Origin: Basidiobolus meristosporus CBS 931.73
Lineage: Eukaryota > Fungi > Basidiobolomycota
Reading direction: 5' to 3'
Length of the DNA: 64,000 nt
NCBI GenBank assembly: GCA_002104905.1
Contig: MCFE01000061.1
Span: forward strand, 1-64,000
The notes beneath the pieces are model-generated. The model worked only from the letters and a program-made list of their open reading frames with translations. It made no database searches and was not told the origin of the DNA. Positions 26,234 to 39,633 of this stretch are shown here, piece by piece (position 1 is the first letter of the stretch; each line of letters begins with the position of its first letter). The position numbers were made by a program, and so were the translations under genes.

Positions 26234-27837
26234 TATGTGGAAATGGTTGGAGCACTCTTGGTCAGGATATGACTGAAATCAGGGCTAGTTAAGGGAAGGG
26301 TACAGGAGCAAGGAAGGAAGTCCAGAAGCGAATTGCAGAGCGGGATATAGGAGGGTTGGATTGAGCAAAACTCGGGGATCTTTCTTTCTGAAATGACCAA
26401 CTGTTGGCGAAAGAAGGCAAGAGCTGCTTTTGGTTGGTATTTAAGAAATATAGAAATAGAAAGCTAAATTAGTGCTGGAATCGAAAATGAGTTGTTTAGA
26501 TGATATGGTGTAAATGTGCTTCTTCCTGGCAACTACGAAAAAAAAAGGAATCAATGTTTCATTTGATACCTGTGTACGAATTTGATCTGGCAATTCCCAG
26601 CCATAGAGACTCTATTTAGACTTGGGTTGGTTTGCACCACCGCACCAACTGTAAATCAGTTGACATTGAGGTATCACCTGGTCACCAGTGTAACCTATTG
26701 CTGGACAAATGGGTTTGTGTCGACCTGGAGGGCACTTTGTGTGTGGAATACGCTCCCTCACACCTATACAAATGCGTGGCTCACACCACAGCCAATGGGC
26801 TCCCTTTGTACAGGGCCGAAATACTAGACTAGCTACATACCATAATAACACTCTCAATCTGGTGCGCCCTCTTTGCCATGAATGATCATTGCTGGCACAC
26901 GGCTACAGAATCCACATTACCATTTTGGTGAGCGGGATTCCGCTGTGAATCACCCACCAACCCATTTAACCAAATCATTTCTATTTATAAGAGGGCTTCT
27001 ATCTTAAGCCCGATGTTTCCTAGGAGATTGGTCAGCATCGGTCGATGGAATAATCCTTTGAGCGAAGGGGACATCTGTATGACCAATATAACATGTGTGG
27101 TACGTGTGTAGCATTAGTGTCACTCCTCACACCGCGTCCAAGTACGCACCGATGACCGTGAAGATCAGGGATAAGCCATAACGCCTGCGGCCGTTCAGCT
27201 TAAGCGAGGCGCGCTACCTGGATGTGACCAAGCCTGATGCCACCGGTTCTTCCACTGGGGAAGACTTCGTTGCCGGTATTTTCGGGCAAGATCACCAGCC
27301 CAATGTTCATCAAGCCAGCTTCCATCAACAACTCACTTCCCATCGCCAAATTTGACTAGACTTTCAGGTTTCCAAACATCGATTGAATCACAAGTGCACC
27401 TCGTACAATTCGCATCCCCCAACCCCGCCTCAATGTCTCAATGTGGATACGCAACCAACTCCTGATTTGAACTAGATGGCTCTGCTCTTTGTAACCCAGA
27501 CCCAGGTTCCGGGAGTACCTCAACGGTCAGAGGGGGTTTTCTCGCACTCTGGCTGCCATCTGGATTTCGAACAGCAAGACCAACCGAAGACCGGCAGGTA
27601 GGCTTGACTGCCGCCGGTGGCATTGGATCCCATTAGATCCGTGCTCGATTCCCACTGTTGACCGAACGCTATTTCGCCAGCGGAAAACAGCGCCCATGAA
27701 ATTCAAGATTGATCCAAGGGTTGGGGGCTTGATTTTGGAGCCCAATTGAATCGAAAATTTTTCGAACCCAAAATTTGTTACAGGGTGCCGATGGGTTGGT
27801 TTTTTGGGAAGCTGCGTTGCTGGCTTGGGCTTCAACA

Positions 27838-28952
27838 ATGAATTCACTAGCTCGGATATCCTTAGTGCGCAACCTTGGGCTGTATCCCGTTAGGGTGACG
27901 CCGTGCTTGTTTCAGAAAAGATGGGCTGGCCACAGTAAATGGGCCAAAATCAAGCGCTCCAAAGGCGAGGCCGATAGAAAGCGAGGCGAGGAATTCGGGA
28001 AATTAGGAAAGGAATTGATTGCGGCCATTCGAGGTAAGAGCCCGGTTCGTCGCTCCAAGTATTCTTCCCTTATTCACAAGGGGTGGTTTATTTAGCGAAT
28101 GGCCCTGATCCTTCAAGCAATTTGAGACTTGCAGCCGCCTTGGCCAGAGCTAAGACAATCAACCTGCCAAAGGAAAACATCGATTCCGCATTTAAAAAGG
28201 TCAGTAGGCCCCATCAAAGTCTCGATATACCAATATGGTGTTGACGTTGGATTCGTTGCAAGGCCGCGGCGAAAGAGAGTGAGGCCATGGAAGAGATCAC
28301 CTTTGAGGGAATTGGCCCTAGTGGCGTCGCTATGATAGTGTTCGTGTTTCTTTGGCTACGCTAGTGCATCTGCTATTCGAGGTTCTTATGTGCATTGTTG
28401 CTAGGGAAACCATGACCGACAGCCGTAATCGTACAGTCAAAGGGATTCGTCACTTGTTCAGCAAATATGGGTGAGTTTATTGATCTCGAAGGGGACGCGT
28501 GGCGTATGCCTAACACTTCAGAATAGAGGCTCGATGTCATCAGTCATGTACATGTTCGAAAAGAAAGGAAGAATCGAGTTTAGTGCCAGCGAATCGGGCG
28601 ACTCCATGGACACCATGATGGATAATGCAATTGACGCTGGAGCAGAGGACATTGCGGAAAGCGAGGAGCCCGAAACAATCGAGGTGATTCTTGCAAACAT
28701 TGGTTGGTTAAGGTGCTGGCATGTACTAAATTGAAAATCTAGATCACCTGCGACTTTACCAGCCTAAATGCCGTATCTAAGGAGTTGGCCACCAAGTATA
28801 AATACGAAATCAAGCTCATGGAGCCTACTTATGTGCCCACCTCCACTGTCGAGCCTCCAGAAACTGATGAGGATTCGGAGAAATTGACTAGGGCTCTTGA
28901 TGCTTTCGAGAGCTTTGAGGATGTTACCAGAATTCACACCAATCTTGCATAA
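27838..28952 (+). CDS. TACO1: YebC/PmpR family mitochondrial translation factor (TACO1/DPC29-like), multi-exon
   Basis: Presequence MNSLARISLVRNLG, then AGHSKWAKIKRSKG, GPDPSSNLRLAAALARAKTINLPKENID, FEGIGPSGVAMI, MYMFEKKGRI, NAIDAGAEDI and DVTRIHTNLA*. Confidence 0.92.
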
Positions 28953-30618
28953 TTCATATTTTTTCCATGGCTCAGTAACTTGCCCCTCGTCGTTCATTCT
29001 CAAATAAACAGCTCAGATCACAATGTACACCTGTCCATGGAATCGTGCTTCCCAAAGCAAAGGTATGTTGGGGGTGGCGAAAATCTGTATTAATGTATTC
29101 CAACAAACTAACCCGCCCTCCCAGCTATCCATATTTTCGCGACCATTCGCTCGGTCCGAACGTTTGACACAATCCCCAGGCAAGTAGAGGTCGAGGGGCG
29201 TGTTCACAGGATATGCACCCAAACGGAGCCATTCAGGCTGAATATAGGATGGGCCAATCTTTGTTGGCGGGAGATAGGAGATGAGTTAATCTTTAGGCAT
29301 TGCCTTGAACGCTAGCAATCCCGGACTCGAGGATGACATGGTACTCACATCCAATATTCCATCTATTTCGCACCATAGAGGGTAATCAAGATAGCCTGAC
29401 CCCACTTTCGAGCGATGAATCGTAATCTATGCTGTGATGCATGGCACAAGGCGCGAGTCCTTACGTATCATCAGTTTACCACAGATCCAAGACATGTGTA
29501 ACATTAGCCACGCACCACGGGATATTAGTGATAAGGATATGCCACCGCTTTAGCTACGTGGTTTCTTCAAGAACAATAGTACGAGCGCGGAGAGTAGGTT
29601 GGTAGTGATAAGAGGCAATTTCCGGTTTTTGATTCTAATACCACGCTGATGCTAGTTGCTTGATTTGCAACGCTTGTTGCGAGGAAAGGTGCCATGCTTT
29701 CCACTTGATATCAGTGATTCATTTGCGAGCATAACCTCCCCGTGTCAGGCCCACAGCCGGTGGGAAACCCTTGCATCTACTATATTGCCAGAATCATCAA
29801 AGTAGCAACGGAAAACTCTTGGCAAGCACCTTGGCGTTTTGTGAGATCATTGGAGTCGGCCAGACAAGGATTGCCTTCTTCGGAAGCATCTCCAACTGCC
29901 AACTTGTTTCCGGAGCTGAGGTGAGGCATGGCAATCAAGTCCCAAACCCACTGCGAAGTCCCCAATTTAATCACGGGCATCTGGTACCAAGCAATCTTCG
30001 TGGTAAATCGCATCTAATCGCTCACCCCGGATTCTTGAGAACGGCGTTCAATAGGCGCCGAATTTGCCATGCGGTAGCTAGATGGTAACTCTCGGCAGCG
30101 AAGTACCGCCGTGGTCCGAGTTAGTAGCCACCAGAGTCAACACTAGCCCACATTAATGACCTCATACATGAAAGGCATCGAATCACCGTCGTAAATGAGG
30201 TTCTGATTACCCACCCCTCAGTTACTGTGTTCTGGCCAGTGGTGTCGATGGGATGTCTTGAATTAATTGACCCTTCACTCAAGTTTGTATTACATCTCCG
30301 TTCAGCCATTGAAGTGACGAGTCTTCTCTTACAACCCTACTTCCTCGAAATTGATCAAGGGCCGTCGGTCACCAATGAGGTTTTAGCCAGTGCACGATTA
30401 ATTTCAACCACTGCCACCTTTTGGTTGGGCGCTGTTCATTAGACCTAAATTGTTGGGAAGGAGCTAGCTTGAGCACGTTGGCATCCAATTTGGACGGAAG
30501 TCAGGTGCCACTTTTGAATAACGTCTAGTCTGGTGCATGGCCTTGGGCGAGTATATATACATATACCAGATGGTCCGAAATAAGATACACAAACGCAATC
30601 TTGCAATACATGTGGATC

Positions 30619-31176
30619 ATGTCTAAGCTTCTTATTACGATTCTTGTGGTGATGGGACTCGCGCAGCTCGTGCTTGCGGAGCTGTTCTCTGGGTATGCCT
30701 CGGTCAATCTCGAATCCACGCTTTCGAAGCGTGGTTACCATCATAAGGGCCACCACCATACTGATGGTGGGGATGGCGCTGATTCGAGCGGTAAGAAAAC
30801 CCACCAAAACAGCACAAGCACCGACACTTCGGATGATGGTGGCTCGGGTGGCTCCCACTCTGGAGACGGGACCTATTTCACTCCCGACCACGATGCCTGC
30901 TCGAAGAGTGGAGAGACGTCAAGCACCGGCGATCTCATTGCGGCTCTTAGCCGCTTTCAGTTCGGCCAAAAATCCGGCCAAGATACTAACCAAGCGTCGA
31001 TGTGCGGCAAGTGTGTCAAGGTCTCCGGCCCGAATGGGTCGGTAGTCGTAAAGATCAGCGATCTTTGTGCGTCCTGCTCAAGTGGTGACATCGATCTTAC
31101 CCCAACTGCATTTGAACATATTGCACCCAAAGTTGAAGGAAGAGTCAAGGTTGTTTGGAAATCCACGAACTGTTGA
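30619..31176 (+). CDS. Secreted RlpA-like double-psi beta-barrel (expansin/loosenin-like) protein 1
   Basis: Signal peptide MSKLLITILVVMGLAQLVLA, KR site, His/Gly/Ser linker, then GDGTYFTP...C...IAALS...MCGKCVKV...VVVKISDLCASCSSGDIDLTPTAF...GRVKVVW. Confidence 0.88.
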   Translation: MSKLLITILVVMGLAQLVLAELFSGYASVNLESTLSKRGYHHKGHHHTDGGDGADSSGKKTHQNSTSTDTSDDGGSGGSHSGDGTYFTPDHDACSKSGETSSTGDLIAALSRFQFGQKSGQDTNQASMCGKCVKVSGPNGSVVVKISDLCASCSSGDIDLTPTAFEHIAPKVEGRVKVVWKSTNC

Positions 31177-32023
31177 CGACAAGCCCCTTGGTTGGGATGA
31201 AGCGTTGAACGCTGCGGTCACTGTATAGTTGAGGGTTATTTTCACATTTGGCAATTTTAGTGTACGTTGGCAACCAAGCCGTCGAGTGTACCAAATAAAT
31301 CTCATTGTTGGTTCAGATTCATGGCAATTGCCAATGGCAGCGGAAGTGGTGAGTTCCATCCAAGGGGCCTGTTTGTTTGGTACGGATGCGCTTTCAAGGA
31401 ATGCTTCTCCCCATCCCAATGCACTTAACAGCTGAGTCTGATCATGCTGTCGAGTGCAGCACGTATAGGGGGCGCATGACTGATGCGAATGAAATAAATT
31501 CCAAAGTAATGTACGTTGGAATCTATGCAAGCACTAGGCTCGATGTCTGAAGGAGGTAGATCTATCATGTACGAATGTGATTGTAATGCAATAGATGTTC
31601 AGAACCTTTTATTGACATGATGAGATTACCCAGGGGCATGCCCAATATATCTCAGTGCTGATGTTCTTTCTATTCATCAGTGTGCATGTCGCATACCTTG
31701 TCTGCCTGATCATTGAGCTGGGGTCTGCTAATCAAACATAAGGATTTCGTTGAAATGCCTAGCACCCCATCCAGTTGGTGAGATTACTACAAACACAATC
31801 CCACAGAATGTCGTATGCAGTCCAACGAAGATGTATTGCTCATATGAAAAATACTTGCCACTAATGCTTAGCCTCCCCTGGCCATGATGCTGAGAAAGGA
31901 TTAGTTAAGGAGTAGCTCGAGAGGCTGGGATGAGCACGTGGAAAAGCATACCAAGAGCCCAACTGATTGTATATAAATGCTTGTGTCGCCTTGAGTTCGC
32001 TACAATACTTCGTCTGAGACTCC

Positions 32024-32440
32024 ATGCGACTGTTTTTTGCTATCTTGGTTGTTTTTGCCTTGTTTCTCATCTCCGGGGAAGGTTACACTCCGGGTGTCGC
32101 AAGAGTTTACCTTCGACACTCCAAGCGAGGGCAAGCTACATATTTTACTCCCGAGCGAGATGCCTGCTCAAAAGATGGTGAGACCTCCAGTGTAAGCTCA
32201 TTGATTGCGGCACTAAGTGCGGAGGATTTCAATGGCGGGAAAGGGAAAACCGAAGATTCCCCTATGTGCGGTAAATGCCTCAAGGTTTACACCAGGCTTG
32301 GCTCCGTGGTGGTGAAGGTTCGTGACCTTTGCGCCACATGCAGCAAAGGGGATGTTGATTTGACACCGACGGCTTTCAAAAGGATCGCGCCGTTGCATTT
32401 GGGAAGGGTCAATGTGAAATGGGAAGAAACTGACTGCTGA
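32024..32440 (+). CDS. Secreted RlpA-like DPBB protein 2 (tandem paralog)
   Basis: Signal peptide MRLFFAILVVFALFLISGEG, KR, then GQATYFTPERDAC...MCGKCLKV...VRDLCATCSKGDVDLTPTAF...GRVNVKW. Confidence 0.88.
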   Translation: MRLFFAILVVFALFLISGEGYTPGVARVYLRHSKRGQATYFTPERDACSKDGETSSVSSLIAALSAEDFNGGKGKTEDSPMCGKCLKVYTRLGSVVVKVRDLCATCSKGDVDLTPTAFKRIAPLHLGRVNVKWEETDC

Positions 32441-33370
32441 GCAAACACCTTTCTGAGCTTGGGAGGTCACCATTGGACTGTGTTCGATGAATACCACGTT
32501 GAAGCTCATATGCCCCAGTATCCTTAGTGACACCTTAATTTATTTTGGCACTTTTGCATAATACTCAGCTTAATGGCTAATAAAGCAGATTTGGTTTACT
32601 CAAGTTGAGGCTCTCTTCTATCGATATGCTAACTGTGCTACAAGACGCCGTTTGCAGCCCAAGATTCACTGCAACCTTAGCAATTTCTGACCAATTGATG
32701 AAGGAACCATGGGGCAGGCCTACTTCCCCGACCCAACAAAAATCAGTCATCGAAGCCCAGTACCTTACGCTTAATCATGGAAAGGATCATCCTCGCTAAT
32801 GCACCAGGGTTGCCAGGCATGAGGTTGTCCGTTAAATAACAACTGATTGGACTAACGAACCAACGCACATGCTACCACCTAATTGGTCGGAATGATGGTT
32901 TCCAACGACTTTGAATGTGACGATCTCTAGTATGGCTCGGTGCTCATTTGCAAATCGGGCCTTCTACTCCACGTAGAGATTCGATGGAGTCTTGTCCGAG
33001 TGTGTCATCAAACATTAAATTGGATTTTGGTGACAGAGACTCAAATAATTAGCATCACCATGATGGTTAAGGTTTAGTGAATGAAATGTGGGGTAATAGT
33101 AATGATGTTCGGATAAGAATCCGTTGAATAAGCTGAAATTTTTTAGTCCTTCTCTGACCTGGCTGATTTGCTCTGCTATACCCCAAAATCAATTTTCCCC
33201 AAAATGGAGTTGATTATACAAAGAACTACCCACCTCACCATTTCCAAGCAAACGGGCTTCCTTGCTGTCACTCCCTAGCTTTGGGTATTTGTTTTTTGTG
33301 GATTCGAGCCAGCCATTTCCCCCCGGCCTAACCCAGTTGTCTATCTCTAACTTTTTGTAGATAAAGAAAG

Positions 33371-35221
33371 ATGTTTAGAGGTGTTCAAGTTTCCACACAA
33401 AGATCTTTGGCTTCTCAAGCCACCGCGAGAACCGCTTCTAGAGTCCATAGTTCTCGCATTTTATCCTTCAAGAAGGTACATACTTCGTGGAATTCCATTT
33501 CAGGTGTAGATAGATAATACCAACTCACTTTCAATAGCCTTACACCACCGAAGCCACCACCAATTCAACCACTACCACTGCCATCCCTACTGCCGCTCCT
33601 AAAAAGAAGCGCTCTTTGTTGAAGACCATTTCACTTTTGACCGTTCTAGGTGGGGCTGGTTACGTTGGCTCCGGCTTTTACTCTTTGAAGGATGAAAACT
33701 TCAGAAAGTACTTCACCGAGTACGTACCCGGCGCCAAAGATTTCGTCACCGAGATTGAAAGCGAGAAAGATCCTTTGGGCCGTCTTCAACTAGAAGCCAA
33801 GAAATTGCCCGAGTACGGAAGTAATCTGTACAATACCCTGCTAGGCTACACCAGTGACGCCAAAAAGATGATTGACGACATGCGCAAGAACGAGGAGCCT
33901 CAATATGGTTTCCCCAAAGAGAGTGCGCCTGTGACCACACATCCCGAAGCTAAAGCCATTTCACAAACTACCTTCACCCCCACTTCAGTTGTGGTCGACT
34001 CTGAGGAAGAGGTTACTCTCCGCCCTCCCGCTGAAGCCCTTAGTCATGCTGCTGAGGATGCCGGAGAGGCTCTCCGAAAGATCAAGCATGCCCTATTCGA
34101 TGTCCCTGAGTTCGAGTCCAACGATCCCAGCGTCAACAACGTCCTAAAAAATGTCAACAATGTGCTCAAATCCTTAAACGATGAGACCTTTACTCAGGAA
34201 AATTACGTCACTTTGATCCAAAAAGCCAAGGAAGCCATCCACGACCTTCAAAGCTACATCGCCACTTTGAAGGATAGTGAAAAGAAAGCCCTCCAAGACG
34301 AACTCGAGAAGCAAACCAAGCACTTCAACGAGGCTTTGGCGAAGCAACACGATTCTGCTGCCCAACAGCTCGCGGATCTTCAGGCACACATGAAAGAGAG
34401 ATTCCTGAAAGAAAAGAACGAGATTAAGAAGGAATACCTTGGGCAACTCTCGAAATCCTTGGAGAAGCAAGCTCAGGATCTGGAGAGACGCTGGAGCAGG
34501 GAGCTTCAAATTCGCCTAGACAACGAAAGGGGCGGACGCCTTTCAAACATCGACCAGATCATGGCTCGTCTGAGGGGTCTGGAGTCCATTTGCTTCGACA
34601 ACGACTCCTACATCGAGAGAAGTGCCCGCGTCAATCAAATGCTGTGCGCCGTTCAAGCACTCCGCACCGCCATCTATCAGCCTCACAAAACTCCATTTAC
34701 AGATGAGGTTGCCCTCGTCAGCAAGCTTGGAGCTCAGTTCCCGCTGATCAGCGCGGTTGCCAGCTCCATTAGCTTGTCGGTTCAAGAGGCAGGCATCGAT
34801 TCATTACCCGATCTTCTTGAGCGTTTCGAGGCCGTCAGCAAGGAAGTTAGACGTGCTTCCCTTATCCCTGAGGATGGAGGCTTCGTGTCCCATCTCATGT
34901 CCGTATTCTTGTCTAAATTGATGTTCAAGAAGCACGGATTGGTGGAGGGTGACGACGTCGAGTCCGTACTCGCCAGAGTGGAGTATTTCCTGAGAGAGAA
35001 TGACCTGGAGCAGGCTACCCGCGAGTTCAACCAGCTTAAGGGCTGGCCCAAGAACATCGCCAAGGATTGGATCGCTTCGGCCAGAGTTCACCTTGAAGTT
35101 AAACAGGCGCTTGAGGTAAGTGCATGGCCCACTAAACAACCAGACAACCCTGGCTAACCTAGACCACCCAACATAGGTAATCGAATGCCAAGCTCAGCTT
35201 GCCTCCTTGAACATGGCTTAA
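33371..35221 (+). CDS. MIC60: MICOS complex subunit Mic60 (mitofilin), 3 exons
   Basis: Presequence MFRGVQVSTQRSLASQ, TM segment TVLGGAGYVGSGFYSLKDENFRKYFTEYVPG, long coiled coil, mitofilin domain DVESVLARVEYFLRENDLEQATREFNQLKGWPKNIAKDWIASARVHLEVKQALE, final exon VIECQAQLASLNMA*. Confidence 0.95.
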
Positions 35222-35863
35222 TGCCACACTTTCTCCTTCACCATTCTGCATTTCACCCTGGTTTTCACTTGAAATCGTAACATTCCATGTTGATAGAATT
35301 TTTATCATTCGAAAACAGAAAATGCCTTTAGGTGATCACTAACATTCCAACATTGGTGCATGTAAAGACATCTCGATTCAACGGCCGGATCTCCCCCCTC
35401 CCCTTCTTTATCCACACGATGGACATGTTTTGTTGTTCGCTACTATACTTTCGTTCTATTGAGCCGTCATATCCTCCATCATAATATCAAAATTTATGCC
35501 AAAATCCAATATAAAGTCTTTTCCTCTCTATTCACCGTCCAATGCTCCACCCGGCTGATAGGCGCATGGGTGGTGAAGCATGCTGCCCGCGGGACGTCAT
35601 TCCGGCGACCTCGCTAGAAGGCGCCACCGACGTTGCGTGGACGTTTCACGATATCGACACCCTCACGGCGGACGGCCCGATGGCCTACACTGCACAAGAT
35701 CAATCCCCCTTAAGGGCTTGCGTGGCCTCTTGGCCAGCGAATTGCTGTTTCTGAGTGGGGTGTGATCATGACGGGGCGGCTTCAAAATGGCGGCCAAGTC
35801 CTTCAATAGTGATGCCTCGTTTATTTCATATTCGAGAAAAAAAAGCCAGTGTTCGGCCGCGGA

Positions 35864-37287
35864 CTACACCCGCTTTCTGGGTCTTGGGTTCATCATGTGT
35901 TCCAACTCCTTCTCCAGATTCGGGGGCGTTTGCTTTCTGATCTCTTGGATCTGCCTTAGTTCATCCTCAATTGAAGGCTGGATCATGCGATGGGTGCGTT
36001 TATTCTTGCTAGTCAGTCCATGGGCTCGCAAGTAGGTGTACAGGATTCTCTCAGCAGGGGTTGCTTTGATGCCCAGATCCGTCAGACTCAGCTCCGTGCC
36101 CGAGACGATATTGTCATGCCGGAGTAGTCTGACCTGGTCCTGCGTTAGGGTAAATAGGTTGAGCGGAAGTTTCTCAAGGAAGAAGCCTTGAACCATTCCA
36201 ACAGCCCATGGAAGCGACAGGATGGGCCGTTTCGTCCCCGCTTGGTCCAAGCACAGTTGCATCATCTCCCGGTAAGTGTACACTGTAATTAAGCGCTGGT
36301 TCATGTTTGCCCGCCAGGCTCATGACAAGCAAAGGGTACTTACCTTTGGGTCCTCCAAGCTCAACGATTCTGCCGGAAACCGACTTGTCGGTGGCACACT
36401 TCACCACCGCCTTGGCTACGTCCCACACATACACTGGTTGGAACTTTGTTTTGCCTCCGCCAAAGACGGGGACAAACGGCAGGATTTTGGCTAGTTTGGA
36501 AAAGCGCTAGGCTCGAGAAAAAGGATGTGAGCAGGGTGTCGGGTGCAAAACTCCCGTAAAAAGCCTACGTTGAAGAAGTCATCCTCAGGTCCGAAGACCA
36601 GGCTTGGTCGTAGAATGACCGACTCCGGAAGCGTGTCATGAACAGCTATTTCCCCTAGCCCTACAACAGACGTTGGCAACCATGTTCTCCTTGACGTTTT
36701 ACATTGAGGAAACTACCTTTGGATTTGGCGTAGGGGATGGTGGAGTCGGGATTGGCCCCGATGGCGCTGACGTGAACAAGTCGTGCGCCCGCCTCCTTGG
36801 CGGCAAGAGCAATGTTACGAGCTCCCAGATGTTGAACGTTGTCAAAGGTATACTTGGGCTTCTTCTCATGCATGATCCCCACCAAGTTAACAACAACGTT
36901 GGCCTCCTGAGTAGCTTCCATGATGGCTTGTCTGTCTAATATATCCACACTAACTGAGGGCAGTATTTGATTGCCCAGATGTCTTAGGGCGTCGTTTTTG
37001 GTTCGTCCGACAAGCTGGACGGTGGTGTCTGCATCTTGTATGAAGCCTCTAGCCACGTACTTTCCTACAGAAGCGAGGGGTTAAGTTTGTGTTGCGAAAG
37101 AGAGCCCAGCTGGTTGCTGGTGGTCCTTAGCAAACCAGCGGGATGAGGTTCCCCTTATTTTACCTAAAAACCCGTTCCCGCCAAATACCACGACCTTCTG
37201 TTTTGCAGGTGAAGGTCTGCTGGTGGTGAAGTGTCGGGTGCTCCCAAGGGCGTGTCTGGCGATATACTGGGGCTTGATCAACATCAT
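35864..37287 (-). CDS. NDUFA9-like atypical SDR NAD(P)-binding protein, mitochondrial (multi-exon)
   Basis: Presequence, KVVVFGGNGFLG Rossmann motif, ANVVVNLVGIMHE, VHVSAIGA...YAKSKG, ILRPSLVFGPEDDFFN, PVYVWDVAKAV, VELGGP, LTQDQV. Confidence 0.85.
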
Positions 37288-37866
37288 GTCCTGCTTGCTT
37301 CAGTATCAAGAGGGAATCCGAATTTATTTTGGAGGTTGGGGAGCTCATACGCTGCTAGATCGGCACTTGTTACGTGTCCTGGCTAGATTGCGTGACCGAT
37401 CATTAGTGTAAAACGGTCCTATTGAGCCAGGAGTGCCAGGTGGATCCCGCTGACAGATACTCCGCACTCAACCACCAATAAATGGCCGCTGTCCGGATTC
37501 ATGCTTGTATCCACTAGAATTCAAGTGGATTCGACTTAGAAGCCCACTATAAACAGGTAGTTAGGTCAGCTTTGATTGCCAAGTTATCTGATCTATGGCA
37601 ATCCCGTGTCATTTACCATCGTCCTGTGGATCCTCCTTAAAATGATACTTGTATCCGTAACCGGAATCCCAATACAGCATCTTTGGTGGTGAGCAGGTGA
37701 ATATAATCAGGTGACCATATGGTTGTCAGATATTCTCTTAGGGCAGTACGTCTCCCAACCACAGAAATACATGTATTGAGAGTGGAAAATGAAACCGGGA
37801 GGTGTAAGGAACCTGTGTGGTTTGTACTTACTTGTTAATTGATGCAAAGCAAACCTGTAAATATGC

Positions 37867-38067
37867 CTAGAATGGTCTGTAATTCTTCTCTCCTTTCAAT
37901 CCTCCATATGCCAACTCATCATGTCCACAAGGGATATCAATGTAATCTCCTTGAGTGGATTTATGCATGGGAGTACTTGCAACCCAACTCTTTTTTCTGT
38001 CCCCCTTCACATCTGCTCCATAGGAAAATCCCAAAAAGTGAAGCATGGCACTATTCTCTTTTCCCAC
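37867..38067 (-). pseudogene. Degenerate CACTA/CMC-like transposase fragment
   Basis: Nucleotide similarity to the 46.45-46.70 kb and 55.1-55.36 kb segments that carry the GPCFTFWEFPME motif; frameshifted. Confidence 0.5.
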
Positions 38068-39395
38068 TGTGCTAGATGCAGTACTGTTTAGTAGTCCTCA
38101 CTAAGGCTAGAAGTTATACAATTAAAGTTGTAACTCTGGGGAAACTGTATTTTGGCTAGCACTATGCTAGCATTCAGCTGGTCTTTTGTATTATAATCAT
38201 AGAGGCCACTTGAGTATATGTTTACTTAGTTTATCAAATACTCACACTCATATCAGCACACATTGGTCATTGAGGCCCATCCAAAAATGGATGTAGATAT
38301 CCCTATGAATAACATTTCTGGTCCCACAGATGGATACAACCTTGATAATGCTAATGTAGAAAATTTTGTAGCTACACCTAAAAATCACTGGCCAGGTCAC
38401 CTAGACCATAGCCAATGGGTCATCAAAAAGCTTTTTTGAGATTGTTGTTGGGATTTACTACAGATATGTCACCATAATATCAGGCACTCAGGCACCAATT
38501 AATGCCATAAGCCCAGAACAGACTGAATCCCATCATAGCCAAGAAGAATTACCAACAAGAAAACAGCTGCTTTCACAAGAGTTGGAAGCATAGCCAGTTG
38601 AGCTACACTCTGGTGAGGTAGTTGAGTTTGCAGAGAAAGGCAATTTGTCTACCACTGCTTTCACATCCTTCATTGTTGACAGAGTGGAGGTCCCACTGAC
38701 AGACAAAGTAACAATATCAAGAACTCAAATGTTTATCACAATGCTTTCAGTGGAATTTTGCAACATGAATAGGTACACCAAAGGTTGCAGCACTTCTTCA
38801 AGAGCAGTGCTCAAGAAAACACACTTGAATATTGCAAGGATTTATTACAATGACTGGCAGATGAGGAGCCAGACCTTGTAGTGCCAACTGAAGACCAGGA
38901 CATATGGGAACCAGTGCATGGACAGCATTATAAAGCCATAGGGTTCCTGCCAAAGCCATGGAAACAAGGTGCTACAACAGAAATACTTATTCAGTGGTGG
39001 ATTTTGATGAAGTTACTTGTTGAGTGTGAGGTTGGACTTAATGTTAGTGTTGTTGTAAGAGTCTTGGAGATATTGGAAGTGACTGGGAGGACAAGTAGAT
39101 TATGTGGTTCTCACTTAATGATTTATTGAATGTAAAAGTAGTATTTATACTTTTACCTGGTCTTGGCACTAAAAACACGTAGAATAGGTTAAGGAAGGTC
39201 CCAAGAACATATGTGCAAAGTTTGGGGCTGTTTGGACAACCTTGAGAATTTTCATGTTCTGGGTAAATATTCCAAGTAAATCCCAACAAGGAATTTGGTC
39301 AGTATTCTCTAGGATTTGAAGGTAATAATCTAAGTGACTAAGTTAGGTGAGTATTTAGGTGGAAATACAAATCTTTACAACACTCCCACTCAGGT

Positions 39396-39633
39396 AAATG
39401 TTCATACTGACTAGTCCTAATTTTGACCTAAGATATTCAAACTTGTCTCCAGCTAATGGTTTGGTGAATATGTCTGCAATCATTTCATCTGTAGGACTGT
39501 AAACTAAGCTAACTAAATGTTCATACTGACTAGTCCTAATTTTGACTTAAGATATTCAAACTTGTCTCTAGCTAATGGTTTGGTGAATATGTCTGCAATC
39601 ATTTCATCTGTAGGATAGTAAACTAAGCTAACT
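39396..39633. repeat. 119-bp tandem duplication at the RNase H end of copia A
   Basis: aaatgttcatactgactagtcc...aagctaact occurs at 39396 and again at 39515 with few differences. Confidence 0.85.

Noticed and set aside
26582-27650. Small Cys/Trp-rich frames and splice-like signals upstream of TACO1
   Set aside because: I could not assemble a consistent gene model; the QxW/ricin-like resemblance is too weak.
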